From Alphaproteobacteria bacterium (GTDB taxonomy: Bacteria; Pseudomonadota; Alphaproteobacteria; JAEUKQ01), in NCBI GenBank assembly GCA_044227605.1, contig JBGAWJ010000003.1:1-56359 (forward strand): a stretch of 56,359 bases of DNA, given 5' to 3'. Made by a program: the position numbers and the translations under genes. A model generated the notes under the pieces. That model was not told the DNA's origin. It saw only the letters and a list, made by a program, of their open reading frames with translations, and did not search any database. This document shows positions 1 through 10,406 of this stretch, in pieces. Each line of letters begins with the position of its first letter. Positions within the stretch are counted from its first letter, which is position 1.

Positions 1-2256
1 ACAGCCTTTCCCTTCCAAATGAGCGGCCATCCCAAGCAATGCGCCGATCGTGACAACCCCGGTGCCGCCAACCCCGGTGACTAGGATATTATAGGGTTGC
101 GTCAAGTCTGGTAGGGTGGGGGTGGGCAAAATGGTAGGGGTTAAGGTGACTTTAGCAATCTCAGGTTTTTTTAACTGGCCGCCCTTGATGGTAACAAAGC
201 TTGGGCAGAAACCTTTGACACAGGAATAATCTTTATTGCAGGTCGACTGATCAATGGCCCGTTTCCGGCCGAATTCGGTTTCTACAGGGACAATGGATAA
301 ACAGTTGGATTGCACGCCGCAATCGCCGCAACCTTCACAAACCGCTTCATTGATCACTAATCTTTTGGGGGGATCAACCATCAGCCCCCGTTTGCGCCGC
401 CGCCTTTTTTCAGCCGCACAGGTTTGGTCATAGACAATAACGGTGGTGCCAAGAATTTTTTGGAATTCTTTTTGGATTTTATCCAAATCATCGCGGTGAT
501 GCACCGTGACATCGGTCGTGACTAGGCCTGAGGTTGGGTATTTCTCAGGTTCATCGCTGGCAATGGCGATGCGTTTAACGCCTTCTGCCTGCAATTGCTT
601 AACCAAGGATAATACATCTAACTGCCCGTCAACCGGCTGGCCACCGGTCATGGCCACTGCATCATTATAAAGGATTTTAAAAGTAATATTAACATTGGCC
701 GCCAATGTCGCCCGGATTGCTAATAAACCGGAATGGAAGTAAGTCCCATCGCCCAAATTTTGAAAGATGTGTTCCGTTTTACAAAAAGGGGCTTGGCCAA
801 TCCAGGTTGTCCCTTCGCCGCCCATTTGGGTAAAAGTGTCGTTGCCCCGGTCCATCCACAAGGCCATAATATGACAGCCGATGCCGCCGTAAGCCCTGCT
901 TCCCTCCGGCACTTTCGTGGAAGTATTATGGGGGCAACCCGAACAAAAATAAGGCAAGCGTTTCATAGCTGGCTGATATTTAGACAGGCTTTCGGTTTTC
1001 TGCTTCAGCATCAGAAGGCGATTTGTGATCATCTCATTGCTGTAAAACGGCTTCAGGCGTGCCGCAATCACTTGGCTGATCTGATCGGCGTTTAATTCAT
1101 TGGTAGGGGGCAACAGCCATCGGTTTTGTTCATCTGTTTTCCCATAAATCCTGGGACGCTGGTCTGCGGGGACATGATACAAATATTCTTTTAGTTGGTT
1201 TTCCAGAAGTGGGCGTTTTTCCTCAACCACCAGGATTTCTTCAAACCCTTTCGCAAAACGTAAGGCGCCCTCATTTTCTAAGGGCCAGGTCATGGTCACT
1301 TTATAAAGGCCAATTCCAATATTGGTGGCTAATTTCTCATCAATTCCCAAATCTTTAAAAGCTTGCCGGACGTCCAGGTAAGATTTGCCACAGGTAATGA
1401 TCCCCAAACGTTTTTTTGGGGGCAACCAAATGGTTTGATCGAGATTATTAGCCCGGGCATACGCCAGGGCAGCCGGTAATTTATAGCGGTGCAGTAATTC
1501 TTCCTGATACAGCGCGCTGGCGGTTACCAAAGGGGAATCCGGGCTACGGATATTAAGGCCTTCCGGCGGCAAAATCATATCGGTTGGGGTCTTGATCACC
1601 ACGCGGTGGGGGTCAACATAGACAGATGCGGAGCAATCCACCGTTTCCGCAATTGTTTTAAACGCAACCCAACAGCCGGAATAGCGCGACAATGCCCATC
1701 CATGGATACCTAAATCTAAAAATTCCTGTACATTAGAGGGGTTGAAAATCGGGATCCCTAAATCCACAAAGGTCAATTCAGATTGATTGGCGGTGGTTGA
1801 GGATTTGCTGCCATGGTCATCCCCTGCTAAAAGCAATACCCCCCCATGTTTTGAGCTGCCTGCTAAATGACCATGTCGCAAGGCATCACCGGAACGGTCG
1901 ATGCCTGGGCCTTTCGAATACCACATGGCAAAAGCGCCGTCATATTTGTGATCCCCAAATAATTGGGTTTGTTGGCTGCCCCAAATAGCGGTTGCTGCCA
2001 AATCTTCATTAATCCCGGGTTGGAAATAAATATGGTGGGATTTTAAAAACTTACGCGCCCGCCACAAAGCCAGGTCAACACCTCCTAAGGGTGATCCCCG
2101 ATAACCGCTGACAAAACAACCGGTGTTTAACCCCGCCTTTTCATCACGCCTGCGTTGCATCATAGGTAAACGAACCAAAGCTTGGGTGCCCGTTAAATAT
2201 ACCCGGCCGGTTTCTAAAGAATATTTATCATCCAGTAAAACTTTTGCCAATGCCAT
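1..2256 (-). CDS. Indolepyruvate ferredoxin oxidoreductase family protein (fused alpha/beta), 3' part runs off the window
   Basis: Not in the ORF track. Manual translation from ATG 2256 gives MALAKVLLDDKYSLETGRVYLTGTQALVRLPMMQ...GFVSGYRGSPLGG-like. The same frame at the window edge gives YNILVTGVGGTGVVTIGALLGMAAHLEGKG, typical of fused IOR. Frame spot-checked at both ends only. Confidence 0.92.
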   Translation of the reverse strand, partial: MALAKVLLDDKYSLETGRVYLTGTQALVRLPMMQRRRDEKAGLNTGCFVSGYRGSPLGGVDLALWRARKFLKSHHIYFQPGINEDLAATAIWGSQQTQLFGDHKYDGAFAMWYSKGPGIDRSGDALRHGHLAGSSKHGGVLLLAGDDHGSKSSTTANQSELTFVDLGIPIFNPSNVQEFLDLGIHGWALSRYSGCWVAFKTIAETVDCSASVYVDPHRVVIKTPTDMILPPEGLNIRSPDSPLVTASALYQEELLHRYKLPAALAYARANNLDQTIWLPPKKRLGIITCGKSYLDVRQAFKDLGIDEKLATNIGIGLYKVTMTWPLENEGALRFAKGFEEILVVEEKRPLLENQLKEYLYHVPADQRPRIYGKTDEQNRWLLPPTNELNADQISQVIAARLKPFYSNEMITNRLLMLKQKTESLSKYQPAMKRLPYFCSGCPHNTSTKVPEGSRAYGGIGCHIMALWMDRGNDTFTQMGGEGTTWIGQAPFCKTEHIFQNLGDGTYFHSGLLAIRATLAANVNITFKILYNDAVAMTGGQPVDGQLDVLSLVKQLQAEGVKRIAIASDEPEKYPTSGLVTTDVTVHHRDDLDKIQKEFQKILGTTVIVYDQTCAAEKRRRRKRGLMVDPPKRLVINEAVCEGCGDCGVQSNCLSIVPVETEFGRKRAIDQSTCNKDYSCVKGFCPSFVTIKGGQLKKPEIAKVTLTPTILPTPTLPDLTQPYNILVTGVGGTGVVTIGALLGMAAHLEGKGC

Positions 2257-2415
2257 GGCCTATGCCTTTCAAGTGGGTCTAACCCGATTTTATTCTTGCC
2301 GACCATATCTCAAACAAATATTTTTGGCAAATGATCATCTTTTTACTGGTCAAAATATCATTATTATAGATACGCGCAAATAAATATTTTAACACATACC
2401 CACGCTGCCAATTAT

Positions 2416-2721
2416 TCAATATTGAGGCGGCAAGCCAGGGTTGGCGGTCAGTTCTTTATATAATTTTTTTGCGTCAACGGCAGGGCCGCGTCTGACGGCA
2501 ATCGCTACAATTTCTAAAACACAAATTCGGTCATGCCAAGCAAATGTTAACACATCGCCTATTTGGACAAAAGCCCCGCCTTTTTGCACGGCATGCCCAT
2601 TAATCCTGATCCGGGTTGCTGTACAAAAAAGGGTGGCAGCACTGCGGGTCTTTAAGAATCTGGCGCACCATAACCATTTATCAAGCCTAGTTTTGGGAGG
2701 TGGTTGGGAGGTTGTATTCAT
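2416..2721 (-). CDS. hslR: RNA-binding S4 domain protein (Hsp15/HslR-like)
   Basis: RLDKWLWCARFLKTRS S4 motif; 101 aa; overlaps the helicase stop, as is usual in Alphaproteobacteria. Confidence 0.85.
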   Translation of the reverse strand: MNTTSQPPPKTRLDKWLWCARFLKTRSAATLFCTATRIRINGHAVQKGGAFVQIGDVLTFAWHDRICVLEIVAIAVRRGPAVDAKKLYKELTANPGLPPQY

Positions 2722-5198
2722 TTAGCCGCCAGTAAATTTTTTAAGTTGGCAAAAGGTGAGTGGGGATTGACGGGCCGGAATTTATTTCTGGTAAATGGTT
2801 TGACAGGTTTGGATAAGGGTTTATAAAAATCTCCCTCTTCGGTGCGATACTTTTGGTATCCTAAAAAAGCTAAAATAAGTGCAAATTCATGAATTTTGGC
2901 TGGGAATTGTCCTAGAAGATCTGACTTCAGCTGAAAATCCCCCTTTGCCGCAAGCCTCTTAAAATATCTGTCGATTCTTTCCAAAATATCTGCCCGAACA
3001 GCCAATTTTTTCAGCATGTGATAGCCAAGGGCTTCATAACAAAAAGTAGGAGTGTTTTTACGGATGTAAAATAAAGGCCGGTTTTTATATTCAAGTGTTT
3101 CAGCGGGTGCGTTGAAAATTTTCCACAAGAGATGCCTGAGAAAAAATGTTTTTCCTTGGAAAGCGGATTTTAACCAAACCGCATGATCGCTGAAAACTAT
3201 GCGATGTCTTGCTAAAATAGGGCGAAACTTCAGCAAATCCGTCCACATCTCACCCAGCATGTTTTTCGTCATAAAACCAAGGGATTGTTGGAGTTGAAAC
3301 AATAACCCTTTTCCTAGAGGGGGCAGGCTGCTGTCTTCCATGACACCGTAAAAATCAGGCATCTGGCTTTGCAAATGGGTTGCTAGCCATTGATGTAAAT
3401 GTTGAGTGAAAGCAATTTGTTGGGTAGGTTCCAATAAATCATCACCTGCCAGTTTTAATTGGGGGGTTAATATGTTCTTACCCTTGGTTAACTGGGCAAT
3501 TGCCATATCTTGCCAGACAATTTCCCCGGCCTGGGTCAAATGGAGGTGATCAGGGGACTTTTGTAATTGCTGTATCCGTTTATTTATTTCTTGGCGCAAT
3601 GCCCGTCTTGCCACATGGTGTAATTGGTGATGGGCAGAAAGGCCCTGTGTGCTGTCCGCCACAAAACGGAATCCTTGCAACCAACCAATCGGATAGCCTT
3701 CGACGATCACTTGGCCGTCTTTCAAGATTCCGGCCAAAATATCGGTTTTTCCATGTAATTGTTTGGTTAGGACTGTGTGGCGGCGATCCACAAAACGTTG
3801 GGTTAATTGGTGGTGCAGGGCATCTGACAGCTTATCTTCGATAGTGCGCGTTCTTTCCTGCCATTCTAGTGGATTGGCAAGCCAGTTGGGGCGGTAGGCT
3901 ATATAAGTCCAAGTGCGGATATGTCCAAGCCTGGCCATCAAAGCATCGATATCGCCCCCTACATGATTCAAACGTTCAATTTGCGATGCCACCCAATCTT
4001 TAGGGATATGCTGATATTGATGTAAAAAAAGGAAAATCTGTTTTAATAACTGGGTGTGGGCATCTGTCATGATCTTACGGAAATCAGGAATCTGGCAAAC
4101 ATCCCATAACAGGAAGGTATGCAGGTAATTTTTACAAAGGGAGGCAATTTCTGGATCTTTAGATAATTGCAATAAAGCCGCATAATCATCCGCTTCAGAG
4201 GATTTTCTTAAAAAAGGGTAGGGTGATTTTTTATCTAAGCTTTGTAAAAGGCTCAAAGGTGACCTAAATTCCAATTGGTGATTGCGCCATTGGATCTGTT
4301 GCAACATATCAAAGCGATGATTTTCAATTGACTCCACCAAATCCTGTTCCAAAGGATCCAAATTTTCCGTTGTCCCAAAACTGCCATTGGTTAGCTGGCG
4401 GCCCGCCCGACCCGCAATTTGGGCTAGTTCAGGCGCTTCCAAACGCCTTAAATAACGGCCGTCAAATTTTTTCAATTTGGCAAAGGCAACATGGTGGATA
4501 TCCATATTCAGACCCATGCCGATGGCATCGGTGGCCACCAAGTAATCAACTTCGCCAGCTTGGTACATTTCAACCTGGGCATTGCGGGTGCGGGGGCTTA
4601 ACCCGCCCATCACGATCGATGTGCCGCCGCTTTGATGCCGAAGCAAATCAGCAATTCGGTATACATCTTCAAAAGAAAAGGCAATAATGGCACTGCGTTT
4701 GGGCAGGCGCGATAATTTTTGATGTCCGACATGCGATAACACGGACATCCGCGGCCGATCAATATATTCAACACCCGGTAATAAAGATCTCAGCAAAGAA
4801 CGGATGGTATCCGCCCCCATGAACATGGTCTCCGAAAGTCCACGGGCATGCATGAGGCGCTGGGTAAAAATATGGCCGCGTTCTGGGTTGGCCGCCAACT
4901 GGATTTCATCGACCGCTAAAAAATCCACCTTCTTGTCAATGGGCATGGATTCAACGGTGCAAATCCACCATTTTGCTTTAGCAGGGATGATTTTTTCTTC
5001 GCCCGTAATCAACGCCACATGCTCGGATCCTCGCAGACGGACGGCACGGTCATAATTTTCACGCGCCAGAAGCCTTAGGGGAAAACCAATCATCCCAGAG
5101 GAATGGCCTAACAAACGCTCCATGGCCAAATAGGTTTTGCCCGTATTGGTAGGGCCAAGAACCGCAACAATTTTACTTTTGCTAGAATGTTCAGGCAA
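2718..5198 (-). CDS. SUV3-like SF2 helicase (MgpS type)
   Basis: Walker A GPTNTGKT, DEIQ, VATDAIGMGLN, QIAGRAGR; TTG start preceded by AGGAG. Confidence 0.9.
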   Translation of the reverse strand: MPEHSSKSKIVAVLGPTNTGKTYLAMERLLGHSSGMIGFPLRLLARENYDRAVRLRGSEHVALITGEEKIIPAKAKWWICTVESMPIDKKVDFLAVDEIQLAANPERGHIFTQRLMHARGLSETMFMGADTIRSLLRSLLPGVEYIDRPRMSVLSHVGHQKLSRLPKRSAIIAFSFEDVYRIADLLRHQSGGTSIVMGGLSPRTRNAQVEMYQAGEVDYLVATDAIGMGLNMDIHHVAFAKLKKFDGRYLRRLEAPELAQIAGRAGRQLTNGSFGTTENLDPLEQDLVESIENHRFDMLQQIQWRNHQLEFRSPLSLLQSLDKKSPYPFLRKSSEADDYAALLQLSKDPEIASLCKNYLHTFLLWDVCQIPDFRKIMTDAHTQLLKQIFLFLHQYQHIPKDWVASQIERLNHVGGDIDALMARLGHIRTWTYIAYRPNWLANPLEWQERTRTIEDKLSDALHHQLTQRFVDRRHTVLTKQLHGKTDILAGILKDGQVIVEGYPIGWLQGFRFVADSTQGLSAHHQLHHVARRALRQEINKRIQQLQKSPDHLHLTQAGEIVWQDMAIAQLTKGKNILTPQLKLAGDDLLEPTQQIAFTQHLHQWLATHLQSQMPDFYGVMEDSSLPPLGKGLLFQLQQSLGFMTKNMLGEMWTDLLKFRPILARHRIVFSDHAVWLKSAFQGKTFFLRHLLWKIFNAPAETLEYKNRPLFYIRKNTPTFCYEALGYHMLKKLAVRADILERIDRYFKRLAAKGDFQLKSDLLGQFPAKIHEFALILAFLGYQKYRTEEGDFYKPLSKPVKPFTRNKFRPVNPHSPFANLKNLLAAK

Positions 5199-5223
5199 AA
5201 CACACTCCTGTGTGTCAAAAATT

Positions 5224-5252
5224 CTTGATAAGAAAGTAAGTTCATCTTATAT
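5224..5252 (+). promoter_or_regulatory. Putative RpoH (sigma32) promoter for htpG
   Basis: CTTG-N18-CTTATAT matches the alphaproteobacterial RpoH consensus CTTG-N17/18-CYTATNT and points at a heat-shock chaperone gene. Confidence 0.55.
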
Positions 5253-5350
5253 CAAAAACAATATGTGCGTGAAACTTTTTGCTTAAAACCGCGTATAATT
5301 GAAAAAAAACAAAAACCTTCTTTTATTTTGGATGATCAGTCAGCAGGCTT

Positions 5351-7177
5351 TTGGAAATTGTTACGCATTCTTTATATAGTGATAAATCTGTTTTCCTGCG
5401 CGAACTGATTGCAAATGCTGCGGATGCTTGCGATAAACTGCGCTATCTGGCGGTTACCAATTCCGGGTTGCTTGAAGACAATATCCATTTGCAAATCACC
5501 CTCAAAATCAATCAGAAAGATCGTTCTCTTCACATCAGTGATAATGGTATCGGCATGAATAAAGAGGAATTAATCACCAACCTTGGGACTATTGCCCATA
5601 GTGGCACGGCTAAGTTTTTAAAAGAGCAACTAGATAACGCGGATGAGAAAGCTGCCAAACCAAGTTTAATCGGGCAGTTCGGGGTTGGTTTTTATTCGGC
5701 TTTTATGGTGGCCGACCGGGTTGAGGTCATTTCCAAAAAAGCGGGTGAAGATAAGGGATTTAAATGGGTTTCCGAGGGTAAGGGGGAATTCACCATCGAC
5801 TCTTTTACTGTGGGTGGGCGTGGAACTGAGATTATTTTGCATGTAAAAAAAGCGGAAGAAAGATTTTTGGATCCCGCGGTTTTAAAAGAAATTATCCATA
5901 AATATTCCGATCATATTAATTTACCCATTATCCTGGATCACCAAGGAAAGCAGGAAAAGCTTAATCAAGCGACGGCCTTGTGGATGCGGGGCAAGACCGA
6001 TATTACCACCCAACAATATAACGAATTCTATAAGCATTTAATCCATGCAGGGGAAGATCCCTGGGCAACACTGCATTTCAAAGCAGAAGGGAAACTGGAC
6101 TACACGGCTTTACTGTTTATCCCCTCGGAGCGTCCATTTGATCTTTTTCATCCCGAACATCGTGGTCATCTGCGCTTACATGTCAAACGCATGTTTGTAA
6201 CTGATCATGCCCCAGGATTATTACCGAAATGGCTGCGCTTTATGGAAGGCATTGTTGATTCAGAGGATCTGCCCTTAAATATCAGCCGCGAAACGTTGCA
6301 GGATAATCCCATCCTCGGTAAAATCCGGCAAAATTTGGTTAAAAAGATTTTGGCAGAACTACAAAAGAAGGCAGACCAGTCACCCGAAGAATACCTAAAA
6401 TTCTGGCAGAATTTTGGCCAGGTATTGAAAGAAGGGTTGTGGGAGGATTACGAATACCGTCCGCAATTATTAAAACTGTTCCGGGCCGTTAATAGCCAGG
6501 ATAATAAACTGGTTTCCATGTCTGAGTATGTTGCCAAAATGAAGCCCAATCAGCAGGACATTTACTACTTATCTGCTGATAACATCGAGCAAGCGCAAAA
6601 AAGCCATTATTTGGAAGGGTTTAAGGAACGCCAAATTGATGTGCTATTGATGGTTGACCCAATTGATGAATTTTGGATTCCTAATATTGGCGAGATCGAA
6701 GGCAAGAAATTGGTTTCTGTAACCCGCAGTGGGCATGATTTAAATAAAATTTCCCCTGCTTCCTCGACCCCTTCCGAATCCGTCAATCAACCCGTGGTTG
6801 AGGGGGTTTTTACCCTATTCCGCATGGCCTTGAAAGATGTGGTCAAAGACGTGCAGCCTTCGCAAACCTTGCAAGATAGTCTGGCTTCCCTAGTATCTGA
6901 GGCAGGGGATGCAGATATACGGTTGGAAAAACTTTTACGCCAATATAAGCAAACCCACCAGAAAACCAAACGGATTTTGGAAATTAACGCGCGTCACCCC
7001 CTAATCCGGGACTTAAGTATTTATTTGGAAAAAACCGGCCAGGCGGATGATTTGCAGGATATGGCCTGGATCATCTATGAACAAGCACGCCTGAGCGAGG
7101 GCGAGCAATTGCTGAACCCCAAAGAATATCATCAGCGATTGCAAAAATTCTTAAGGCGTTCCCTTAATCAAGGGTAA
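5351..7177 (+). CDS. htpG: Molecular chaperone HtpG (Hsp90); first ~10 conserved residues missing from the reading frame
   Basis: SLYSDKSVFLRELIANAADA, DNGIGM, IGQFGVGFYSAF, DSEDLPLNISRE. The in-frame upstream sequence reads VSRL but is capped by TGA at 5333-5335, so FQAE and an in-frame ATG are absent. Confidence 0.93.
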   Translation: MEIVTHSLYSDKSVFLRELIANAADACDKLRYLAVTNSGLLEDNIHLQITLKINQKDRSLHISDNGIGMNKEELITNLGTIAHSGTAKFLKEQLDNADEKAAKPSLIGQFGVGFYSAFMVADRVEVISKKAGEDKGFKWVSEGKGEFTIDSFTVGGRGTEIILHVKKAEERFLDPAVLKEIIHKYSDHINLPIILDHQGKQEKLNQATALWMRGKTDITTQQYNEFYKHLIHAGEDPWATLHFKAEGKLDYTALLFIPSERPFDLFHPEHRGHLRLHVKRMFVTDHAPGLLPKWLRFMEGIVDSEDLPLNISRETLQDNPILGKIRQNLVKKILAELQKKADQSPEEYLKFWQNFGQVLKEGLWEDYEYRPQLLKLFRAVNSQDNKLVSMSEYVAKMKPNQQDIYYLSADNIEQAQKSHYLEGFKERQIDVLLMVDPIDEFWIPNIGEIEGKKLVSVTRSGHDLNKISPASSTPSESVNQPVVEGVFTLFRMALKDVVKDVQPSQTLQDSLASLVSEAGDADIRLEKLLRQYKQTHQKTKRILEINARHPLIRDLSIYLEKTGQADDLQDMAWIIYEQARLSEGEQLLNPKEYHQRLQKFLRRSLNQG

Positions 7178-7524
7178 TTGACGGATTTTTCATTGGCGTA
7201 ATCATCGCTGATTGCACCCTGGTTATTTGAAAACCTCTGCTGTAGATAGCAGCATTTTTCCAAACTGGATAGGAATCAATACAGAACGGTTTGCGGACTT
7301 ACGCAGCGATACATTGACAGCGCGTACGTCCCGTTCTGATGGACGCTGTGGCATTGCGCTTGATAGGGAAGAGGGTGCTTTTGCCTCGACACTTCTATTA
7401 AAATATAGAAGACATTTTTATGGGTTATGCAAAAATATCAAGTCTTCATATCCCTCAGAAAAATGACGCACAAATTTTTGAGCAAGAACCACAAGGTTAC
7501 TTTCTCATCGATAAATTAAACGGG

Positions 7525-10215
7525 TTATTTTTTTACCAATTGACGTAAAACATAGGGAAGGATGCCGCCATTTTTATAATATTGGATTTCATCCTCTGTA
7601 TTGATTGCCAATATAACCGGGATTTGCTCACTTTGCCCGTTTTCCCTGTGGATCATTAGCGTTAAACCCATTTTTGTTTTCAATTCATGGGAAATCCCAA
7701 TAACGCTCAAAAGCTCGGTGCCGTTCAATTGGAGTTGTTGACGGGTGGTGCCTGGATGGAATTGTAAAGGCAAAATGCCCAGGGCAATCAAATTAGACCG
7801 ATGGATACGTTCAAAGCTTTCGGCAACCACCGCCTCCACCCCTAATAATTTAGGCCCCTTGGCAGCCCAATCCCTGGAAGAGCCGGTGCCATATTCTTTC
7901 CCGGCCACAATCACCAATGGTACTTGGGTTTTTTGATACTGCATGGCGGCATCATAAATAGATACAATTTGTCCATCACTTGTCCGCGTAAAACCCCCTT
8001 CTTTCCCGGGAACTAGTTCATTGCGTAAACGGATATTGGCAAAGGTGCCGCGCATCATCACTTCATGGTTACCGCGCCTGGCGCCATAGGAATTGAAATC
8101 TTCCCGTCGCACGCCTAATCCCGCCAAATATAGGCCCGCCGGGCTGTTTTGCTCAATCGAACCTGCAGGTGATATATGGTCTGTTGTAATATTATCCCCA
8201 AGCACCGCTAATATGCGGGCCCCTGTGATATTTTTTGGCTCTGCCGGAGAAGATTGGAAGTTGTTAAAATAAGGAGCTTGGCGAACATAGCTTGATTTTT
8301 TATCCCATTGATAATTCATTCCCTGGGGGATTTTTATATTTTGCCACCATACATCCCCCTCAAAAACCAAACCATACCGTTTTTGGAACATCTCGGGTGT
8401 GATAGATTGACGAACGGCCGCATCAATCTCATGATTGCTAGGCCAAATATCCTTAAGGTAGACAGGACTGCCTTTTTGATTGAAACCGATTGGATCTGTT
8501 AAAAGATCAATAGCCATTGTCCCCGCCAGGGCATATGCCACCACTAACATGGGGGAAGCTAAGTAATTCGCCCTTGTCAAAGAATTAACGCGGCCTTCGA
8601 AATTCCGATTGCCGGATAAAACGGCTGAGACAACCAACTGCTTCTTTTCGATGGCTTCGGCGATTTTTGCAGGCAAGGGGCCTGAGTTGCCGATACAGGT
8701 GGTGCAGCCATAACCGACCAAATGGAACCCAATTTTATCTAATTCCTTTTGAAGGCCTGCTTTGGCGAAATAATCCGTAACGACTTGGGAACCAGGGGCC
8801 AAAGATGTTTTAACCCAAGGCTTCACTTTCAAGCCTTTTTCATTGGCATGTTTGGCAAGCAAGGCTGCCCCCAGCATCACGCTGGGGTTTGAGGTGTTGG
8901 TGCAGCTGGTGATCGCTGCAATCACCACATCGCCATCCATTAATTCCGTGGTATTGTTCATGGTGGAAATTGTACGGACAACAGCAGATTTTTTACCAAA
9001 TCCCGTCAGAGAAGATATAAAATTATTTTTGGCTTGGCTTAATAAAACTTTTTCTTGGGGCAGCCTTGGGCCAGCTAGGCAAGACTCGACTGTACTGATA
9101 TCTAATCCGAGCGTTTCCGTAAATATGGGTTCACTCTTTTCATCCCGCCACAACCCTTGTTCCTTGGCATAATGCTCAACCAATTCACATTGCGCTAAAG
9201 GACGACCGGTAAATTTCAAATACCGAATTGTTTCCGCATCAATTGGGAAAAATCCACAGGTTGCGCCGTATTCCGGCGCCATGTTGGCGATGGTTGCCCG
9301 ATCGGCCAAGGTCAAATGATTTAAGCCTGGGCCATAAAATTCAACAAATTTGTTTACCACACCCTTTTCGCGAAGCATTTGGGTGATGTTAAGCACTAAA
9401 TCAGTGGCCGTTGTGCCCTCTTTTAATTGGCCGGTTAGCTTAAAACCAACGACTTCCGGAATGGTCATGGAAATGGGCTGGCCAAGCATTGCGGCCTCGG
9501 CCTCGACCCCACCAACCCCCCATCCGAGTACCGCCAACCCGTTAACCATGGTGGTGTGGCTGTCGGTTCCAACCACGGTATCTGGATACACTAAAACACT
9601 TTTATGGTTTTGCGCATCTTGCCCTTCTGTTGACCAAACTACTTGGGCCAGATATTCCACATTCACTTGGTGACAAATCCCGGTACCAGGCGGCACCACC
9701 CGAAAATTATTAAAAGCGGTTTGACCCCAGCGCAAAAAGGCATATCGCTCGCCATTTCGCTGATATTCCAATTCAACATTTTTACGAAAAGCATCCGGTG
9801 TACCGAAATAATCAACCATCACGGAATGGTCGATCACTAAATCCACGGGCGATAGGGGATTAATTTTTCTTGGATCGGCCCCCATCTTAACCATGGCGTC
9901 CCGCATGACCGCTAAGTCAATAACGGCAGGCACGCCCGTAAAATCTTGCATCAATACCCGGGCAGGGCGAAAAGCGATTTCTTGATTAGATTTTTTTGTT
10001 TTTGTCCAATCCACCAAGGCTTGGATATCACGGGTTGTAACAGTACGCCCATCTTCATAACGCAATAAATTTTCCAGCAAGATCTTTAAAGAATAAGGTA
10101 ACTTGGATATATCACCTAATTTTTGCTGCGCGATTTTTAGGCTGAAATAATCAAAGGTTTGATTGCCTATTTTTAGCTTGGCGCGCACCTTTAAGCTGTC
10201 TTTTCCCACTTGCAC
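7525..10215 (-). CDS. acnA: Aconitate hydratase A
   Basis: PARVLMQDFTGVPA, DSHTTM, AAITSCTNTSNP, GYGCTTCIGNSG, GSSRDWAAKG; 896 aa; GTG start with GGAG upstream. Confidence 0.97.
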   Translation of the reverse strand: MQVGKDSLKVRAKLKIGNQTFDYFSLKIAQQKLGDISKLPYSLKILLENLLRYEDGRTVTTRDIQALVDWTKTKKSNQEIAFRPARVLMQDFTGVPAVIDLAVMRDAMVKMGADPRKINPLSPVDLVIDHSVMVDYFGTPDAFRKNVELEYQRNGERYAFLRWGQTAFNNFRVVPPGTGICHQVNVEYLAQVVWSTEGQDAQNHKSVLVYPDTVVGTDSHTTMVNGLAVLGWGVGGVEAEAAMLGQPISMTIPEVVGFKLTGQLKEGTTATDLVLNITQMLREKGVVNKFVEFYGPGLNHLTLADRATIANMAPEYGATCGFFPIDAETIRYLKFTGRPLAQCELVEHYAKEQGLWRDEKSEPIFTETLGLDISTVESCLAGPRLPQEKVLLSQAKNNFISSLTGFGKKSAVVRTISTMNNTTELMDGDVVIAAITSCTNTSNPSVMLGAALLAKHANEKGLKVKPWVKTSLAPGSQVVTDYFAKAGLQKELDKIGFHLVGYGCTTCIGNSGPLPAKIAEAIEKKQLVVSAVLSGNRNFEGRVNSLTRANYLASPMLVVAYALAGTMAIDLLTDPIGFNQKGSPVYLKDIWPSNHEIDAAVRQSITPEMFQKRYGLVFEGDVWWQNIKIPQGMNYQWDKKSSYVRQAPYFNNFQSSPAEPKNITGARILAVLGDNITTDHISPAGSIEQNSPAGLYLAGLGVRREDFNSYGARRGNHEVMMRGTFANIRLRNELVPGKEGGFTRTSDGQIVSIYDAAMQYQKTQVPLVIVAGKEYGTGSSRDWAAKGPKLLGVEAVVAESFERIHRSNLIALGILPLQFHPGTTRQQLQLNGTELLSVIGISHELKTKMGLTLMIHRENGQSEQIPVILAINTEDEIQYYKNGGILPYVLRQLVKK

Positions 10216-10406
10216 AATTATTCTCCATCCCGTACCGGATTATAAAAAATCTACTTTCTTACTTTATATTCTTTCAGTGATTCATCATGGAACTTGTCTT
10301 TTATTTCGTCAATCTTTTTACGGCAAGGGATGATGAAGAATAATTCTATGCATTCTGATTTATTCTTTATAAACTGAAAGATGTTAAATAATCTTTCACG
10401 TAAAGA

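Noticed and set aside
733-2383. Plus-strand ORFs at 733, 1797 and 2123
   Set aside because: Antisense shadows of the IOR gene on the minus strand. The same applies to the many short ORFs nested in acnA, gdhB, copA, secA, glyS and recJ.
7214-7378. Possible 6S RNA or cobalamin riboswitch (size and ATAGGGAA)
   Set aside because: The remaining B12-box elements are missing, and the context is not the usual zapA/ygfA locus of 6S RNA. Kept only as an unassigned structure.
7212-7466. 84-aa ORF between htpG and acnA
   Set aside because: TTG start, no RBS and no motif; not called as a CDS, though a gene remnant cannot be excluded.
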